A stretch of 62,951 nucleotides of DNA, filler included, from Chiloscyllium plagiosum (GCF_004010195.1; 4 parts of one record of this genome joined end to end with filler, not necessarily neighbours in it), one strand, 5' to 3'. Counted from the first letter of the whole stretch, positions 35,120 to 49,200 are shown. The notes: a model not told the origin generated them from the sequence alone. Numbers and translations are program-made.

Positions 35120-37652
35120 TTAAAAATTCATTTGTGGGACTTGGGTGCTGCTGGCTGGCCAGCATTGATAGCCCATCCCTATTAGCTCTTGAGAAGGTTG
35201 GGGGTGAGCTGCCTTCTTGAATTGCTGCAGTCCATGTACTGTGGTTTGACCCACAATGCCCTTGGGGAGGGAATCCCCCAGGATTTTGACCCAGTGACAG
35301 TGAAGGAACGGCGATATATTTCCAAGTCAGGAGGGTGAGTGGCTTGGAGGGGAACTTGAAGGGGGTGGTGTCCCCATGTATCTGCTGCTCTTGTCCTTCT
35401 AGATGGAAGTGGTTGTGGGTTTGGAAGATGCTGTCAAAGGATCTTTGGTGAATTTCTGCAGTACATCTTGTAGATAGTACACACCGCTGCTACTGTGCAC
35501 TGGTGGTGGAGGGATTTAATGTTTTTAGATGTGATGCCAATCAAGCGAGTTGCTTTAGCCTAGATGGTGTCAAGTGTCTTGAGTATTGTTGGAACTGGAC
35601 CCATCCAGACAAGTCGGGAATATTCCAAAACACTCCTGGTTTGTGTTTTGCAGATAGTTGATAGACTTTGGGGTGTCAGGAGATGAGTGACTCGCCGGAG
35701 TATCCCTAGTGTCTGACCGGCTCTTGTAGCCATTGCGTTTATGTCACACAGTCATAAAGTCATAGAGATGTACAGCATGGAAACAGACCCTTTGGTCCAA
35801 CCCGTCCATGCCAACCAGATATCCCAAACCAATCTAATCCCATCTGCCAGCACCCGGCCCATATCCCTCCAAACCCTTCCTATTCATATACCCATCCAAA
35901 TGCCTCTTAAATGTTGCAATTGTACCAGCCTCCACCACTTCCTCTGGCAGCTGATTCCATACACGTACCACCCTCTGCGTGAAAACGTTACCCTGTAGGT
36001 CTCTTTTATATCTTTCCCCTCTCACCTTCGACCTATGCCCTCTAGTTCTGGATTCCCTGACCCCAGGGAAAAGACTTTGCCTACTTACCCTATCCATGCA
36101 CCTCATAATTTTGTAAACCTCTATAAGGTCACCCCTCATCCTCCGACGCTCCAGGGAAAATAGCTCCAGCCTGTTCAGCCTCTCCCTGTAGCTCAAATCC
36201 TCCAACCCTGGCAACATCCTTGTAAATCTTTTCTGAACCCTTTCAAGTTTCACAACATCTTTCCGATAGGAAGGAGACCAGAATTGCATGCAATATTCCA
36301 ACAGTGGCCTAACCAATATCCTGTACAGCCACAACATGATCTCCCAACTCCTGTACTCAATACTCTGACCAATAAAGGAAAGCATACCAAATGCCTTCTT
36401 CACTGTCCTATCTACCTGCGACTCCACTTTCAAGGAGCTATGAACCTGCACTCCAAGGTCTCTTTGTTCAGCAACACTCGCTAGGACCTTACCATTAAGT
36501 GGATAAGTCCTGTGGTGAGTCCTGTTGAGTTTCTGGTCAATGGTAACCCCAAGGATATTGACAGTAGGTGATTCAGTGATGGTAATACCATTGAATGTCA
36601 AGGGGCAGTGGTTAGATTGTCTCTTATTTGTGATGGTCATACCCTGACAATTGTGTGGCGTGAATGTTACTTGCCACTTGTCGGCCCAAGCCTGGGTATT
36701 GTCCAGATCTTGTTGCATTTGAGCACGGACTGCTTCAGTATCTGAGGAGTCAAGAATGGTGCTGAACACTGTGCAATCATCGGTGAACATTCCCACTCCT
36801 GACATTATGACAGAGGGAAGGTGACAAGATGAAGCAGTTGAAGATTGTTGTGCTTAGGATACCACCCTGAGGAACTCCTGCAGAGATGTCCTGGAGCTGA
36901 GATGACTGACCTTCCACAACCACGACCATCTTCCTTTGTGCCAGGTTTGACTCTAACCAGCGGAGTGTTTGCTCCTGATACCCATTGATTACAGTTTTGT
37001 CCAGGCTCCTTGATGCCATACTCAGTGAAATGCAGCCTTGATGTCAGTACTGCCCCTCTCCCCTCCGCTCCCCTCCCCTCTGGAATCCAGATGTTTTGTC
37101 CATGTTTGACCCAAGGCTGTAATGAGGTCAGGAGCTGAGTGACCCTGGGGGAACCCAAACTGGGTGTCACTGAGCAGGTTATTGCTGAGCAGGTGCTGCT
37201 TGATAGCTCTGTTGATGACCCTTCCATCACTTTACTGATGATGGAGACTGGACTGATGGGGCGGTAATCGGCTGGATTGGATTTGTTCTGCTTTTTGTTT
37301 ACAGGACTTCCCCGGGCAAATTTTCACATTGTTGGGTAGATGCCAGTATTGTAACTGCACAAGAGCTTGGCTAGAGGAACAGCAAGTTTTGGAGCATACG
37401 TCTTCAGTGTTATTGCCAGAATGTTGTCACAGTCCAGAGACTTTGCAGTATTCAGTGCCTCCAGCCGTTTCTTGATATAACTCTGTGTTGGTTGAAGACT
37501 GGTATCTGTGATGCTGGGGACCACTGGAGGAGCCTGAGATGGATCATCCACTCGGCACTTCTGACTGAAGATTGTTGTGAATGCATCAGCTTTATCTTTT
37601 GCACTGATGAGGATATTTGTAGAGCTTTCTCCTCCAGTGAGTTGTTTAATTG
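35120..37652 (-). mobile_element. Second CR1-group LINE family (RT to 3' UTR), interrupted by CR1
   Basis: APKLAVPLAKL, AGVPQGGILS, MFTDDCT, WADKWQVTF, LGVTIDQKL; distinct 3' UTR ending in TGAAT. Confidence 0.82.
35745..36510 (-). mobile_element. Young 5'-truncated CR1 inserted in the LINE above
   Basis: C-terminal two-thirds of ORF 35834..36805; host sequence resumes at TGTGGTGAGTCC. Confidence 0.9.
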
Positions 37653-39395
37653 TCCGCCAGGAGGGGGCACAAAAAAGGCTTTGCAGGAAGGATTAGGAAG
37701 ATCCCAAAAGCATTTTACTCATATGTGAGGAATAACAGAATGATCAGGGAGAAGGTAGGGCTGATCAGGGATAGTGGAGGTAAATTGTGTGTAGAGTCTA
37801 AGCAGATAGGGGAAGCCCTAAATGAGTTTTTTGCTTCGATTTTCACCAAGGAAAGTGATTGAGAACTTTGAGGAGCTGGGATACAGTCTTGAACAGATCA
37901 AGATTGATGAAGTTGATGTGCTGAAAAGTTTGGAAAACATTAAGATTGAGAAGTCCCCAGGGCCAGACCAGATTTATCCTCAGTTGCTCCGGGAAGCGAG
38001 AAAGGAGGTTGCTAAGCCGCTGGTGAAGATCTTTGCTTCCACCCTCTCCACGGGAGACGTACCGGAGGATTGGAGGGAGGCGAATGTTGTTCCTCTTTTC
38101 AAGAAGGGGAATAGGGAAATCCCTGGCAATTACAGATCAGTCAGTCTTACATCTGTAGTCAGCAAGGTTTTGGAAAGAATTCTGAGGGATAGGATTTATG
38201 ACTATTTGGAAAAGCATAGGATGATTAAAGGCAGTCAGCATGGCTTTGTGAGGGGCAGGTCATGCCTCATAAATCTTATTGAGTTCTTTGAGGAGGTGAC
38301 GAGACAGGTCAGTGAAGGTCGAGCAGTGGACGTGGTGGATATGGACCTCAGCAAGGCATTTGATAAGGTTCCTCATGGTAGGCTCATTCGTAAAGTCAGG
38401 AAGTATGGGATACAGGGAGACTTGGCTATCTGGATTCAGAATTGGTTGGCTGACAGAAGGCAGAGAGTGGTTGTAATGGAAAGTATTCTGGCTGGAGGTC
38501 AGCATTGAGTGGTATCCCGCAGGGCTCTGTTCTTGGGCCTCTGCTCTTTGTAGTTTTTATAAATGACTTGGATGAGGAGGTTGAGGGGTGGGTTAGTAAA
38601 TTTGCAGATGACACAAAGGTTGGAGGTGTTGTCAATAGTATAAAGGGCTACTGCAGGCTGCAGTGCGACATAGACAGGATGCAGAGCTGGGCTGAGAAAT
38701 GGCAGGTGGAGTTCAACCTGGATAAATGGAAAGTGATGCATTTTGCCATCCAAGTGGATAGGGTTGCTAAGAAAGCATATGGTGTTTTGGCTTTCATTAA
38801 TAGGGGGATCGAGTTTAAGAGCAGCGAGGTTTTGCTGCAGCTCTACAAGTCCCTGGTGAGACCACACTTGGAATATTGTGTCCAGTTCTGGTCGCCCTAT
38901 TAGAGGAAAAATACGAAGACTTTGGAGAAGGTTCAAAGAAGGTTTACCAGGATGCTGCCTGGACTGGAAGGCTTGCCTTATGAAGAGAGGTTGACTAAGC
39001 TCAGACTTTTCTCTCTGGAGAGTAGGAGGAAGAGCGGAGACCTGATCGAGGTATACAAGATAATGAGAGGAACGGATAGTGTCAATAGACAGAGACTTTT
39101 CCCCAGGGCAGGATTGACTGGCACGAGGGGACATAGTTTTAAGATATTAGGAGGACGGTATAGAGGAGACATCAGAGGTAGGTTCTTTATGCAGAGAGTT
39201 GTGAATGCATGGAATGCATTGCCAGCGGTGGTCATTAGGGACATTTAAGCGCCTGCTGGACACGCACAATGGACAGCAGTGAATTGAGGGGTGCATAGGT
39301 TAGGTTATTTTATTTTAGATTAGGAATAATCCTCAGCACAACATCGAGGGCCCGAAGGGCCTGTTCTGTGCTGTAACTTTCCATGTTCTATGTTC
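37653..39395 (+). mobile_element. CR1 ORF2 (tether to 3' UTR) with an internal deletion at about 38744
   Basis: ORFs 37822..38508, 38505..38903 (KFADDT), 38922..39248; TTCTATGTTCT tail. Confidence 0.93.
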
Positions 39396-39419
39396 TCTGG
39401 CCTCTTGCAGTGTTCTTGG

Positions 39420-40600
39420 ATATATCTGGTCAGGACCAGGAGATTTATCCACCTTCATACATTCTAATACATCCATACTTCCTCTACACTGACATGGACT
39501 ATCCCCAAGATATCTGCGCTAATTTCCCCAAGTTCCCAGATCTTCAATGTCTTTCTCCAACGGTAGGAGAGGTTTATTGAGTACCTTGCCCATCTCCTGT
39601 GGTTCTGTACATAAATGTTTGTTCTTTAAGGGGCCCTATTCTCTCTTGAGTTACTTAAAGAACCTTTTTAGATGAACACTAATCTGCTCAGCTAAGGCCA
39701 TCCTCTGCCCCCCCGTTCACCCTCCTTCCTCAGTATCCCCGTGTACCTCCAGGGATTTCTTTGATTCCAGCTGCCTGTACCTGAGCTGCACCTCCTCCTT
39801 TTTTTCTGGTCAAAGCCTCAATATCTCTTGTCATCCAGAGTTCCTATTCCTGTTAACCTTGCCTGTCATCCTCACAGGAACATGCAGATTTTGAACTCGA
39901 GCTATCTCACGTTTAAGGCCTCCCATTTGCCGGAGGTCCCTTTGCCTGAAAACAAACTACTCCAGGTAACTCCTCACTGGTCACCCTCTCCCTTGAGAAC
40001 ATTCTGCAGCTACTCAGAGACATCCTGGGACCTGGCATCCAGGAGGCAACACATCATCCTGGATTCCTGTCTGCAGCCACAGAATCTCCTGTCTGTCCCC
40101 CTGACTATCAAGTCTTCTATTACTAAGATGGCTGCTGCTGCTTTCCCCTGAACAGTCACCGCGCCTCTCCTCCCACCAACAGTATCCAAATGATACACTT
40201 GTTTTTGAAGGGAATGGCCACAGGGAGTTCTGGCTTTTCTGCCTACTCCCTTTGCCTTTCCTGATGGTCACCCAGCTACTCTCTGCCTGCACCTTAGGTA
40301 CGACCACCTCAGTAAGACTTTTATCTGTGAACTGCTCAGCATCTCGGGTGATTCTGAGTGCATCCAGCTCCAGCTCCAGCTCCAACACCGTAACATGGTC
40401 TTTTCGGAGCTGCAGCTGAGCGCACTTACTACACATGTAGTCATCAGGGATGGTGGAAGTCTCCCTGAGCTCCCACATCCTGCAGGAGGAACATGCAACT
40501 GCCCTAACTGCCATCTTAACTGCTGTAAGAGGAAAGTTAAAAAGACTTTACCTGATCTTACCTGTACTTTTTGCTGAGCCACTGCTCTGCAAATCCTCTT
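39420..40600 (-). mobile_element. Degenerate, internally deleted CR1 (ORF1 N-terminus and esterase start, tether remnant)
   Basis: ORF 40014..40514 MAVRAVACSSCRMWE...CSKC; IVRGTDRRFCG. Confidence 0.82.
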
Positions 40601-40660
40601 GAGCCAAAACCTTACTACTCACCCTACTCCCAACAAATATTCCAATGGCAGGTCTCTCTC

Positions 40661-40807
40661 CCAGCAGTTCAGGCAGCATCCAACGAGCAGCGAAATTGAC
40701 GTTTCGGGCAAATGCCCTTCATCAGGAATAAAGGCAGTGAGCCTGAAGTGTGGAGAGATAAGCTAGAGGAGGGTGGGGGTGGGGAGAAAGTAGCATAGAG
40801 TACAATA
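40661..40807 (-). mobile_element. Penelope-like element terminal region (runs into the spacer)
   Basis: Near-identical to 6007-6151. Confidence 0.78.
40694..40728 (-). ncRNA. Minimal type I hammerhead ribozyme motif (best-preserved core)
   Basis: Minus strand TTC-CTGATGA-A-GGGC-ATTT-GCCC-GAAA-CG-TC-AATT; perfect 4-bp stem II. Confidence 0.72.
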
Positions 40808-40907
40808 NNNNNNNNNNNNNNNNNNNNNNNNNNNNNNNNNNNNNNNNNNNNTTAATTAATTAANNNNNNNNNNNNNNNNNNNNNNNNNNNNNNNNNNNNN
40901 NNNNNNN
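40808..40907. other. Artificial contig-join spacer N44-TTAATTAATTAA-N44
   Basis: Same 100-nt design as 19124-19223. Confidence 0.9.
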
Positions 40908-41138
40908 GGGGGTTAGATATAGGACTGAAGTTAGGGGTAGGTTCTTCACTCAGCGAGTCGTAGGTTCATGGAATGCCCTGCCAGTAGCAGTGGTGGACTC
41001 TCCCTCTTTATGGGCATTTAAGCGGGCATTGGATAGGTATATGGAGGATAGTGGGTTAGTATAGGTTAGGTGGGCTTGGATCGGTGCAACATCGAGGGCC
41101 AAAGGGCCTGTACTGCGCTGTATTCTTCTATGTTCTAT
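40908..41138 (+). mobile_element. CR1 3' end
   Basis: FFTQRVVGSWNALP; hairpin GGGCCAAAGGGCC; TTCTATGTTCTATG. Confidence 0.88.
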
Positions 41139-43345
41139 GCCTCTCATCATCTTGTATACCACGATGAAGTCACCTCTCATCCTTCTTAATTTCAATGAGA
41201 AAAATCCTAGCTTCTTTAACCTTTCTTCATAAGACATGCCTCCAGTCCAGGCAGCATCCTGATAAATCTCCCCTGTACCCTCTCTGAAGCTTCCACATCC
41301 TTCCTATAATGAGGTGACCAGAACTGAACACAATCTTCCAAGTGTGGTCTAACTGTGACTTTATTGAGCTGCAGCATAACCTTGCAGTATTTAAACTCAT
41401 TCCCCTTGCGAGTGAAAGCCAACAGACCATGCGCCTTCTTAACAATCGTATCTACTTGGGTGGCAATGTTGAGGGATCTATGGACGTGGACCCAAGATCC
41501 CTCTGTTCCTCCACACTGCCAAGAATCCTGCCTTTAAAGCTGTATTCTGCACTCAAATTCGACCTTACAAAATAAATCACTTCACACTTTTCCAGTTTGA
41601 CTCCATCTGCCACTTATCAGCCCAGCTCTGCAACCCGTTGCAACCTGCAACAGCCCTCCACACTATTCACCACTCCACCAACCTTCATGTTATCAGCAAA
41701 CTTACTAACCCACCCTTCTACTTTCTCATGCAAATCATTTATAAAAATCACAAAGAGCAGAGGTCCCAGAACAGATCCCTGTGGAACACCACGGTCACCG
41801 AGCTCCACGCTGAATACTTTCCATCTACTACCACCGTCCGTCTTCTTTGGGCCAGCCAGTTCTGTATCCAGACAGACTGGTTTCCCTGTATCCCACGCCT
41901 CCTTACTTTCTGAATGAGCTGACCATGGGGAACCCTACCAAACGCCTTCCTAAAATCCACGTACGCCACATCCATTGTTTTACCTTCAATGTGTTTTGTC
42001 ATATCCTGAAAGAACTCCATGAGGATTATGAGGCATGACCTGCCCCTCACAAAGCCGTGCTGACTATCTTGAATCAAACTATGTTTTTCCAAATAATCAT
42101 AAATCCTGTGTCTCAGAATTCTCTTTATTAATTTGTAATTTCCAGGATTAACCCTATTCCCTTTCCTGAACAAGGGAATAACATTTGCCACCTTCCAATT
42201 ATCTGGCACTACTCCACTACTGGCACTACTCCAGTGGACAGCGAGAACACAAGAACCATAGCCAAAGGCACAGCAATCTCTTCCCTCCCTGGCTCAGGGG
42301 TCTCCTCTATCCTCATGTTTTTCAAAATTTCCAGCACATCCTCCTCCCGCGAGCGTATCAACCTGTTTCGTGTTGTCCTCAGAAACATCAAGGTACCTCT
42401 CAGTCGTGAATACTAAAGCAAAATATTCATTAAGAACCTCCCCTACCTCTTCCAACTCCAGGCACAAGTTCCCTCCACTATCCCTGATCAGCCCTGCCCC
42501 CACTCTGGTCATCCTCTTGTTCCTCACATAAGTGTAAAACCTTCGGGTTTTCCTTAATCCTATCTGCCAAGGCTTTTTCGTGTCCCCTTCTAGCTCTCCT
42601 AAGTCCATTCTTCAGTTCGTTCCTGACTACCTTGTAACCCTCTAGAACCCTGTCTGATCCTTGCCTCCTCAATCTTAAGTAAGCTTCCCTCTTCCTCTTG
42701 ACTAGATGTTCCACATGCCTTGTTACCCAAGGTTTCTTCACCCTACCATCCCTTCCTTGCCTCAGTGGGACAAACCTATCCAGCTCTATCAGCAAGTGCT
42801 CCCTAAACATCTTCCACATTCTGTTGTGCATTTCCCTGGGAACATCTGTTCCCAATGTAGGTGCCCCAGTTCTGTCCTAATAGCAGTGTAATTCCCTCTC
42901 CCTGAATTAAATACTTTCCCATTCGATCTACTCCTATCCCTCTCCATGACTATCATACAGGTGATCACTATCATTGAAATGCTGTGACACCTGGCCAGGT
43001 TCGTTGCCAAGCACCAAATCCAATATGGCCTCCCCTTTAGTCGACCTATCTACATATTGAATCTACATAATGACAAACTCTGCTCCATCCAAACTATTAG
43101 CACAATGGAGTTTCCAGCCAATATTAGGGAAGTTAAAGTCACTCACGAGAATAACCCTGTTACTTCTGCACCTTTCCAAAATCTGCTTCCCAACCTGCTC
43201 TTCTGTGTCTCTGTTGCTATTGGGGAGGGGGTATCAAACTCTCCTAATAAAGTGACTGCTCCTTTCCTATTCCTGACTTTCACCCATTCTGACTCTGTAG
43301 ACAAACCTTCCTTGACGAGCTCCCTTTCTGCAGCCGTGATTCTAG
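41139..43345 (-). mobile_element. Decayed CR1 ORF2 (endonuclease to RT C-terminus)
   Basis: ORFs 43143..43352, 42478..42855, 41748..42209, 41617..41808, 41216..41422. Confidence 0.9.
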
Positions 43346-43349
43346 CTCC

Positions 43350-46270
43350 CACTACGCACCCGGATCAATGAATTCAACACGCATCGCGACATGGAACTTT
43401 TCTTCTGCAGCTTCCACCTCCATGTTTACTTTTGCCATCATGCTACCAACATATTCCATCCACTTGGACAGCCCGTGCTGGTTTGTTACCTGCCCTTGAT
43501 CTCTTCATTTCCACCTGCCGCCATGACATTGACCACCTCAACCTGTCCACCCCTGCTCCCCCACTCCAACCTCTCACCCTCACAATACACAGCCCTCCAC
43601 TCCCTCTGCTCTAACCCTAACCTCACCATCAGACCAAGGGGTGGGCGCAATGGTAGTTTGGCGCACCGACCTCTATACCACTGAAGGCAGACACCAACTC
43701 ATGGACACCACCTCCTACTGCCCCCTTGACCACAACTTCACCTCCAATCACCAAACTATCATCTCCCAGACCATCCACAACCTCATCACCTCAGGGGATC
43801 TCCTACCCACCAACAGCCTTCAACCACATAGTCTGGGAACTCCCTGCCACTGGGTTCTACCTCTTACCTAAAATTCGCAAACCTGACTGCCCCGCTCAAC
43901 CCATTGTCTCACCCTGCTCCTGCCTCACCAATCTTACCTCTGCCTACCTTGACAGTGTCCTGTCCCTCCTGGTCCAGGATCTCCCTACGTACATTTGGGA
44001 TACCACCCACACCCTTCACCTCCTCCATAGCTTTCGTTTCCCCAGTCCCCATTGCCTCATCTTTCATGGACATCCAGTCCCTGTACACATCCATCTGCCA
44101 TGATGAAGGCCTCCAAGCCCTCCGTTTCGTCCTCTCCTGCCAACCCAACCAGTACCCTTCCACTACACACTCATTCGATTGGCTGAACTGGTCCTCACCC
44201 TCCACATTTTATCCTTCGAATCATCCCACTTTTTCCAGACCATGGGCACCTGCATGGCCTCCAGCTCTGCCTTCCACTTTATCAGTTACGTGGAACAATC
44301 CATCTTCCACAGCTACACTAGCAACAACCCCCCAACGAGTTGGGCAGAGACGTGGCAGATGGTGTTCAATCCAGGCAAATGTGAAGTGATGCATTTTGGG
44401 AAGTCTAATTCTAGAGCGAATTATACAGTGAACGGAAGAGCCTTGGGAAAAGTTGATGGGCAGAGAGATCTGGGAGTACAGGTCCATTGTACCCTGAAGG
44501 TTGCTGCACAGGTGGATAGAGTGGTCAAGAAGGCATATAGTATGTTTGCCTTCATTGGAAGGGATATCGAGTATAAGAGCTGGCAAGTCATGTTAAAATT
44601 ACTCAAGACATTGGTTTGGCTGCATTTAGAATACTGTGTACAGTTCTGGTCGCCACATTACCAAAAGGATGTGGACGCTTTAGAGAGGGTGCAGTGAAGG
44701 TTTACATGGATGTTGCCTGGTATGGAAGGTGGTAGCTATGAAGAGAGGTTGAGTAGGTTAGGGTTATTTTCATTAGGAAAAAGGAGATTGAGGGGGGACC
44801 TGATCGAGGTTTACAAAATCATGAAGGGTATAGACAGGGGGGATAGAGACAAGCTTTTTCCCAGGGTGAAGGATTCAATAACGAGAGGTCATTCTTTCAA
44901 GATGAGAGGTGGAAAGTTTAAGGGGATACACGTGGCAAGTACTTTACACAGAGGGTGGTGGGCATCTGGAACACGTTGCCAGCAGAGATGGTAGAGGCAG
45001 GCACGGTAGATTAATTTAAGATGCGTCTGGACAGATGCATGAGTAGGTAGGGAGCAGAGGGATACAGATGCTTAGGAATGGGCAATAGGTTTAGATAGTA
45101 GATTTGCATCGGCTCAGGCTTGAAGGGCTGAATGGCCTGTAAACTTTCTTTATTCTTTGAACTGGTCCTCACCCTCCACATTTTATCCTTCGAATCATCC
45201 CACTTTTTCCAGACCAAAGAGATAGCCATGGGCACCTGCATGGCCTCCAGCTCTGCCTTCCACTTTATCAGTTACGTGGAACAATCCATCTTCCACAGCT
45301 ACACTAGCAACAACCCCCCAACCTTTTCCTCTGCTATGTCGATCACTGTATCAGCTCCACCTCGCCTTCCCACGAGGAGGTTGAACAGTTCATCAACTTC
45401 ACAAACACCTTTCACCTGTACCATCTCAGACACCTCCATTTCCTTCCTGGACCTCTCCATCACCATCTCAAGCCACTGACTCAACACAGACACTTACTAC
45501 AAACTCATCAACTCCCATAGCTACCTGGACTACACCTCCTCTCACAGCCCTTCCTGTTAAAATGCTATCCCTTATTCCCAATTCCTCCACCTCCACCGCA
45601 TTTGCTCCCAGGCGCACCAATTCCACCATAGAACATCCCAGATGGTCGCCTTGTTCGTGGACCGCAATTCCCCCCCCCCCGCCACATGATCAATGATGCC
45701 CTCCAACGCATATCCTCCACTTCCCACATCACCACTCTTGAACCCCACCCCTCCAATCGCAACATGGATAGAACTCCCCCTGTCCTCACCTTCCACCCCA
45801 CCAACTTCGGGAGAGAACGCATCATCCTCTGCTATTTCCACCACGTACAAATAGACCCCACCACCAGGGGTATATTTCCTTCCCCACCTTTATCTGCACT
45901 CTGCAGAGACCATTCCATCTGTGACTCCCTTGCACACCCCCCGCCAACCCACCCTCCACTCCCGGCACCTTCTCTTGCCACTGCAAGAGGTGTAAAACCT
46001 GCTCCCACATCTCTCCCCTCACCTCTATCTGAGGGCCCAAAGGATCCTTTCATATATGACAGAGATTTTCCTGCATATCCAAACATCTCATCTACTGTGT
46101 CCTTTGCTGTCGATGTGGTCTCCTCTACATCAGGAAGACAGGACGCCAACTTGTGAAACATTTTAGAAACAGCTCTGGGACATCTTTCGCCTTGGGACTT
46201 TCCAACAACATGGGATCAATGTCAATTACACTAGTTTCATCGTGCCCCCTCCTCCCAACCTACCCTAGAT
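43350..46270 (+). mobile_element. Penelope-like element, decayed RT plus GIY-YIG endonuclease, interrupted by CR1
   Basis: FYLLPKIRKP..P..PIVS, MDIQSLYTSI, QTKEIAMGT, SFLDLSI, AIPYSQ; from 46090 IYCVLCCRCGLLYIRKT. Confidence 0.88.
44337..45157 (+). mobile_element. 5'-truncated CR1 inserted in the PLE, flanked by a long direct duplication
   Basis: WAETWQMVFNPGKC...LEYCVQFWSP; flanks 44184-44336 and 45158-45322 are copies. Confidence 0.92.
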
Positions 46271-46279
46271 CCATACATT

Positions 46280-49200
46280 CGGGCAGTTGCTTTACCTGAA
46301 ACACTACTTAAGTCGTGTCTCCCACCCATCCTCCTCCATTAACCAAAAAAAGATTGTGTGTGCCAATTTGGTACGGTTACTAGTTTTTTTTCAATAATCT
46401 CTTTGGGAATTTAGAAAGGTGGGACTGGATATTAGGGCAGTTGCATGCTCCTCCTGTCGGCTAACGGAGGTAGGGGTCTCCACGAGTGTCCCTGCTGACT
46501 TCCTCTGCGGGAAGTGCACCCAACACCAGCTCCTCAGAAACAGCATTAGGGAACCAGAGCTGGAGCTGGATGAAGTTTGGATCATTTGGGACACTGAGGA
46601 GCTAAGTGAGAGGAGTTACAGGGTGGTAGTCACATATCAGGTACAGGAAAAAGGTAGATGGGTAACAGTAGTAGACAGAAAGGAAACAGACAGATAGTGT
46701 AGGGATCCCCTGTGGCCGTTCCCCTCAACAACAACTGTACCGTTTTGTATACTGTTTGGGGGGATGACTCATCAGCGGTAAGCCATTGGGAACAGGTCTC
46801 TGGCACAGAGTCTGTCCCTGTTCTTCAGAAGGGAAGGAGGTAGAGGAGCAGAGCATTAGTCATTGGGGAGGTTCTTTGGGAATGAGAGACACTCACAGTT
46901 AATGTGTTGCCTCCCAAGTCCTAGGGTCCATGATGTCTCAGATCATGTTTTCGGGATCCCTGAAGGGGAGGGGGCGCAGCCCCAAGTTGTGGTCCACATC
47001 GGCACCAATGACATAGGGAGAAAGAGAGATGGGGATTTAAGGCAGAAATTCAGGGCGCTAGGATGGAAGCTGGGAGTTAGAACAAACAGAGTTGTCATCT
47101 CTAGTTTGTTACCTGTGCCACATGATAGCAAGGCAAGAAATAGGGAGAGAGAGGAGTTGAATATATGGCTACAGAGGTGGTGCAGGAGGGATGGATTCAG
47201 ATACCTAGATAATTCAGAATTTGGGCTCATTCTGGGGTAGGTGGGACCTCAACAAATGGGATGGTCTACACCTGAACAGAGGAGTACACTATCCTGAGGT
47301 AGGGGAGTGGATGTTTGCTAATGTTATTCAGGAGAATTTAAACTAATTCAGCAGGCGGATGGGAACCCTGAATTGTAGCTCCAGTGTACAGCAGTTTGCG
47401 GGTAGTGAGGTCATGAATAAGGTTTCAATGTCGCAAGAGTGTATTGGCAGTCAGGAATGTGGTTTGAAGGGAAAGGGATTGAGGATCTGAAAAGTGACTA
47501 CAGACAGTTAGATTGGAAGCTGAAGAGCAGGATGAGTAGAGTAGTGATCTCAGGTTTGCTATCGGTGCCACGAGATAGTGAGATGAGGAACAGTCAACAA
47601 ATGCAGTTTAACACGTGGCTGCGAGGCTGGTGCAGGAGGGAGGGCTTCAGATACTTAGACCATTGGATACCTTCTGGGGAAGGTGGGATCTGTGGTGAAG
47701 GATGGGTTGCCCCTGAACTGGAGGGGTACAAATGTCCTGGGTGGGAGATGTGCTTGTGTGGTTCGGGAGGGTTTTAAACTAGTTTGGCAGGGGGGTGGGA
47801 ATCAAAGCCACATGTCTGAGAGGGAGTCAGTTGCACACGGGACAGTGACAGGATATATTGAATCTATCAGGAAGGTTTCTCAAGCGATAAAACAAAGGGA
47901 TCAGTTAAAGTGTGTATGCTTTAATGCAAGGAGTGTCAGAAATAAGAGTGACGAACTCAGAGCATGGATCAGTACGTGGGACTACGATGTTGTGGCCATA
48001 CGGAGACGTGGGTTTCACTGGGGCAGGAATGGTTGCTTGATGTTCCAGGGTTTAGAACATTTAAAAAGAACAGGGAGGGGGGAAAAAGAGGAGGGGGTGT
48101 AGCATTTCCAGTCAGAGAATGCATCACAGCTACAGAAACGAAGGTTGCTGAGGAAGGTTTGTCTACTGAGTCACTATGGGTGGAAGTTGGGAACAGCCAC
48201 CGCAATGGGGGTTTACTACAGACCCCCTAATAGCAGTAGAGAGATTGAAGATCTCATAGGCGGGCAGATTCTGGAAAAATGTAGATGTAGCAGGATTGTT
48301 GTTATGCGTGACTTCAACTTTCCCAATATCGACTGGAACCTCCTTAGTGCAGATGGTTTGGATGGAGTCAATATTGTCAGGTGTGTTCAGGAGGGTTTCC
48401 TTACTCAGTATGTAGACAGACCGATGAGCGGAGAGGCCACTTTGGATTTGGTGCTCAGCAACGAGCCAGGACAGGTGTCAGATCTCGCGGTGGGAGAGCA
48501 CTTTGGTGACAGTGATCACAACTGCCTCACATTTAGCATAGCCTTGGAAAGTGAAAGGCGCAGTTACTGAGGGAAGATATTTAATTGGGGAGAAGGAAAT
48601 TATGACGCTATCAGACATTAGTTGGGAAGTACAGACTGGGAGCAATTGTTCCACAGAAAGGGCACAGCAGACATGTGGAGACTATTTAAGGAGCAGTTGT
48701 GCAAGTGATGCACAAATTTGTTCCTCTGAGGCAGGTAAGAAGAGGTAAGATTAAGGAACCTTGGATGATGAGAACAGAGGAGTTTCTCGTTAAAAAGGAA
48801 GAAGGCAGCTTACATAAGGTGGAGGAAGCAAGGGTCTAGCACAGCTTTAGAGGATTATAGGCTTGCTAGAAAGGAGCTCAGAAATGGACTGAGGAGAGCC
48901 AGTAGGGGGCACGAGAAAGGCTTGGCAAGAAGGATTAGGGAGAATCCAAAGGCGTTTTATCTTTTGTGAGGAATAAGAGAATGATCAGGGAGAAGGTAGG
49001 GCCGATCAGGGATAGCGGAGGGAACTTGTGCGTGGAGTCTGAGCAGATAGGGGAAGCCCTAAATGAATTTTTTGTTCGGTTTTCACCAAGGAAAGGGAAC
49101 TTGTTGTAAATGAAAATTTAGAGGAGCTGGGGTACAGACTTGACCAGATCAGGATTGATGAAGTTGATGTGCTGGAAATTTTGGAAAACATTAAGATTGT

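Noticed and set aside
35834..36805. Longest ORF (323 aa) as a novel RT gene
   Set aside because: It is a chance in-frame join of two LINE families at an insertion junction (about 36510) and lacks the RT N-terminal motifs
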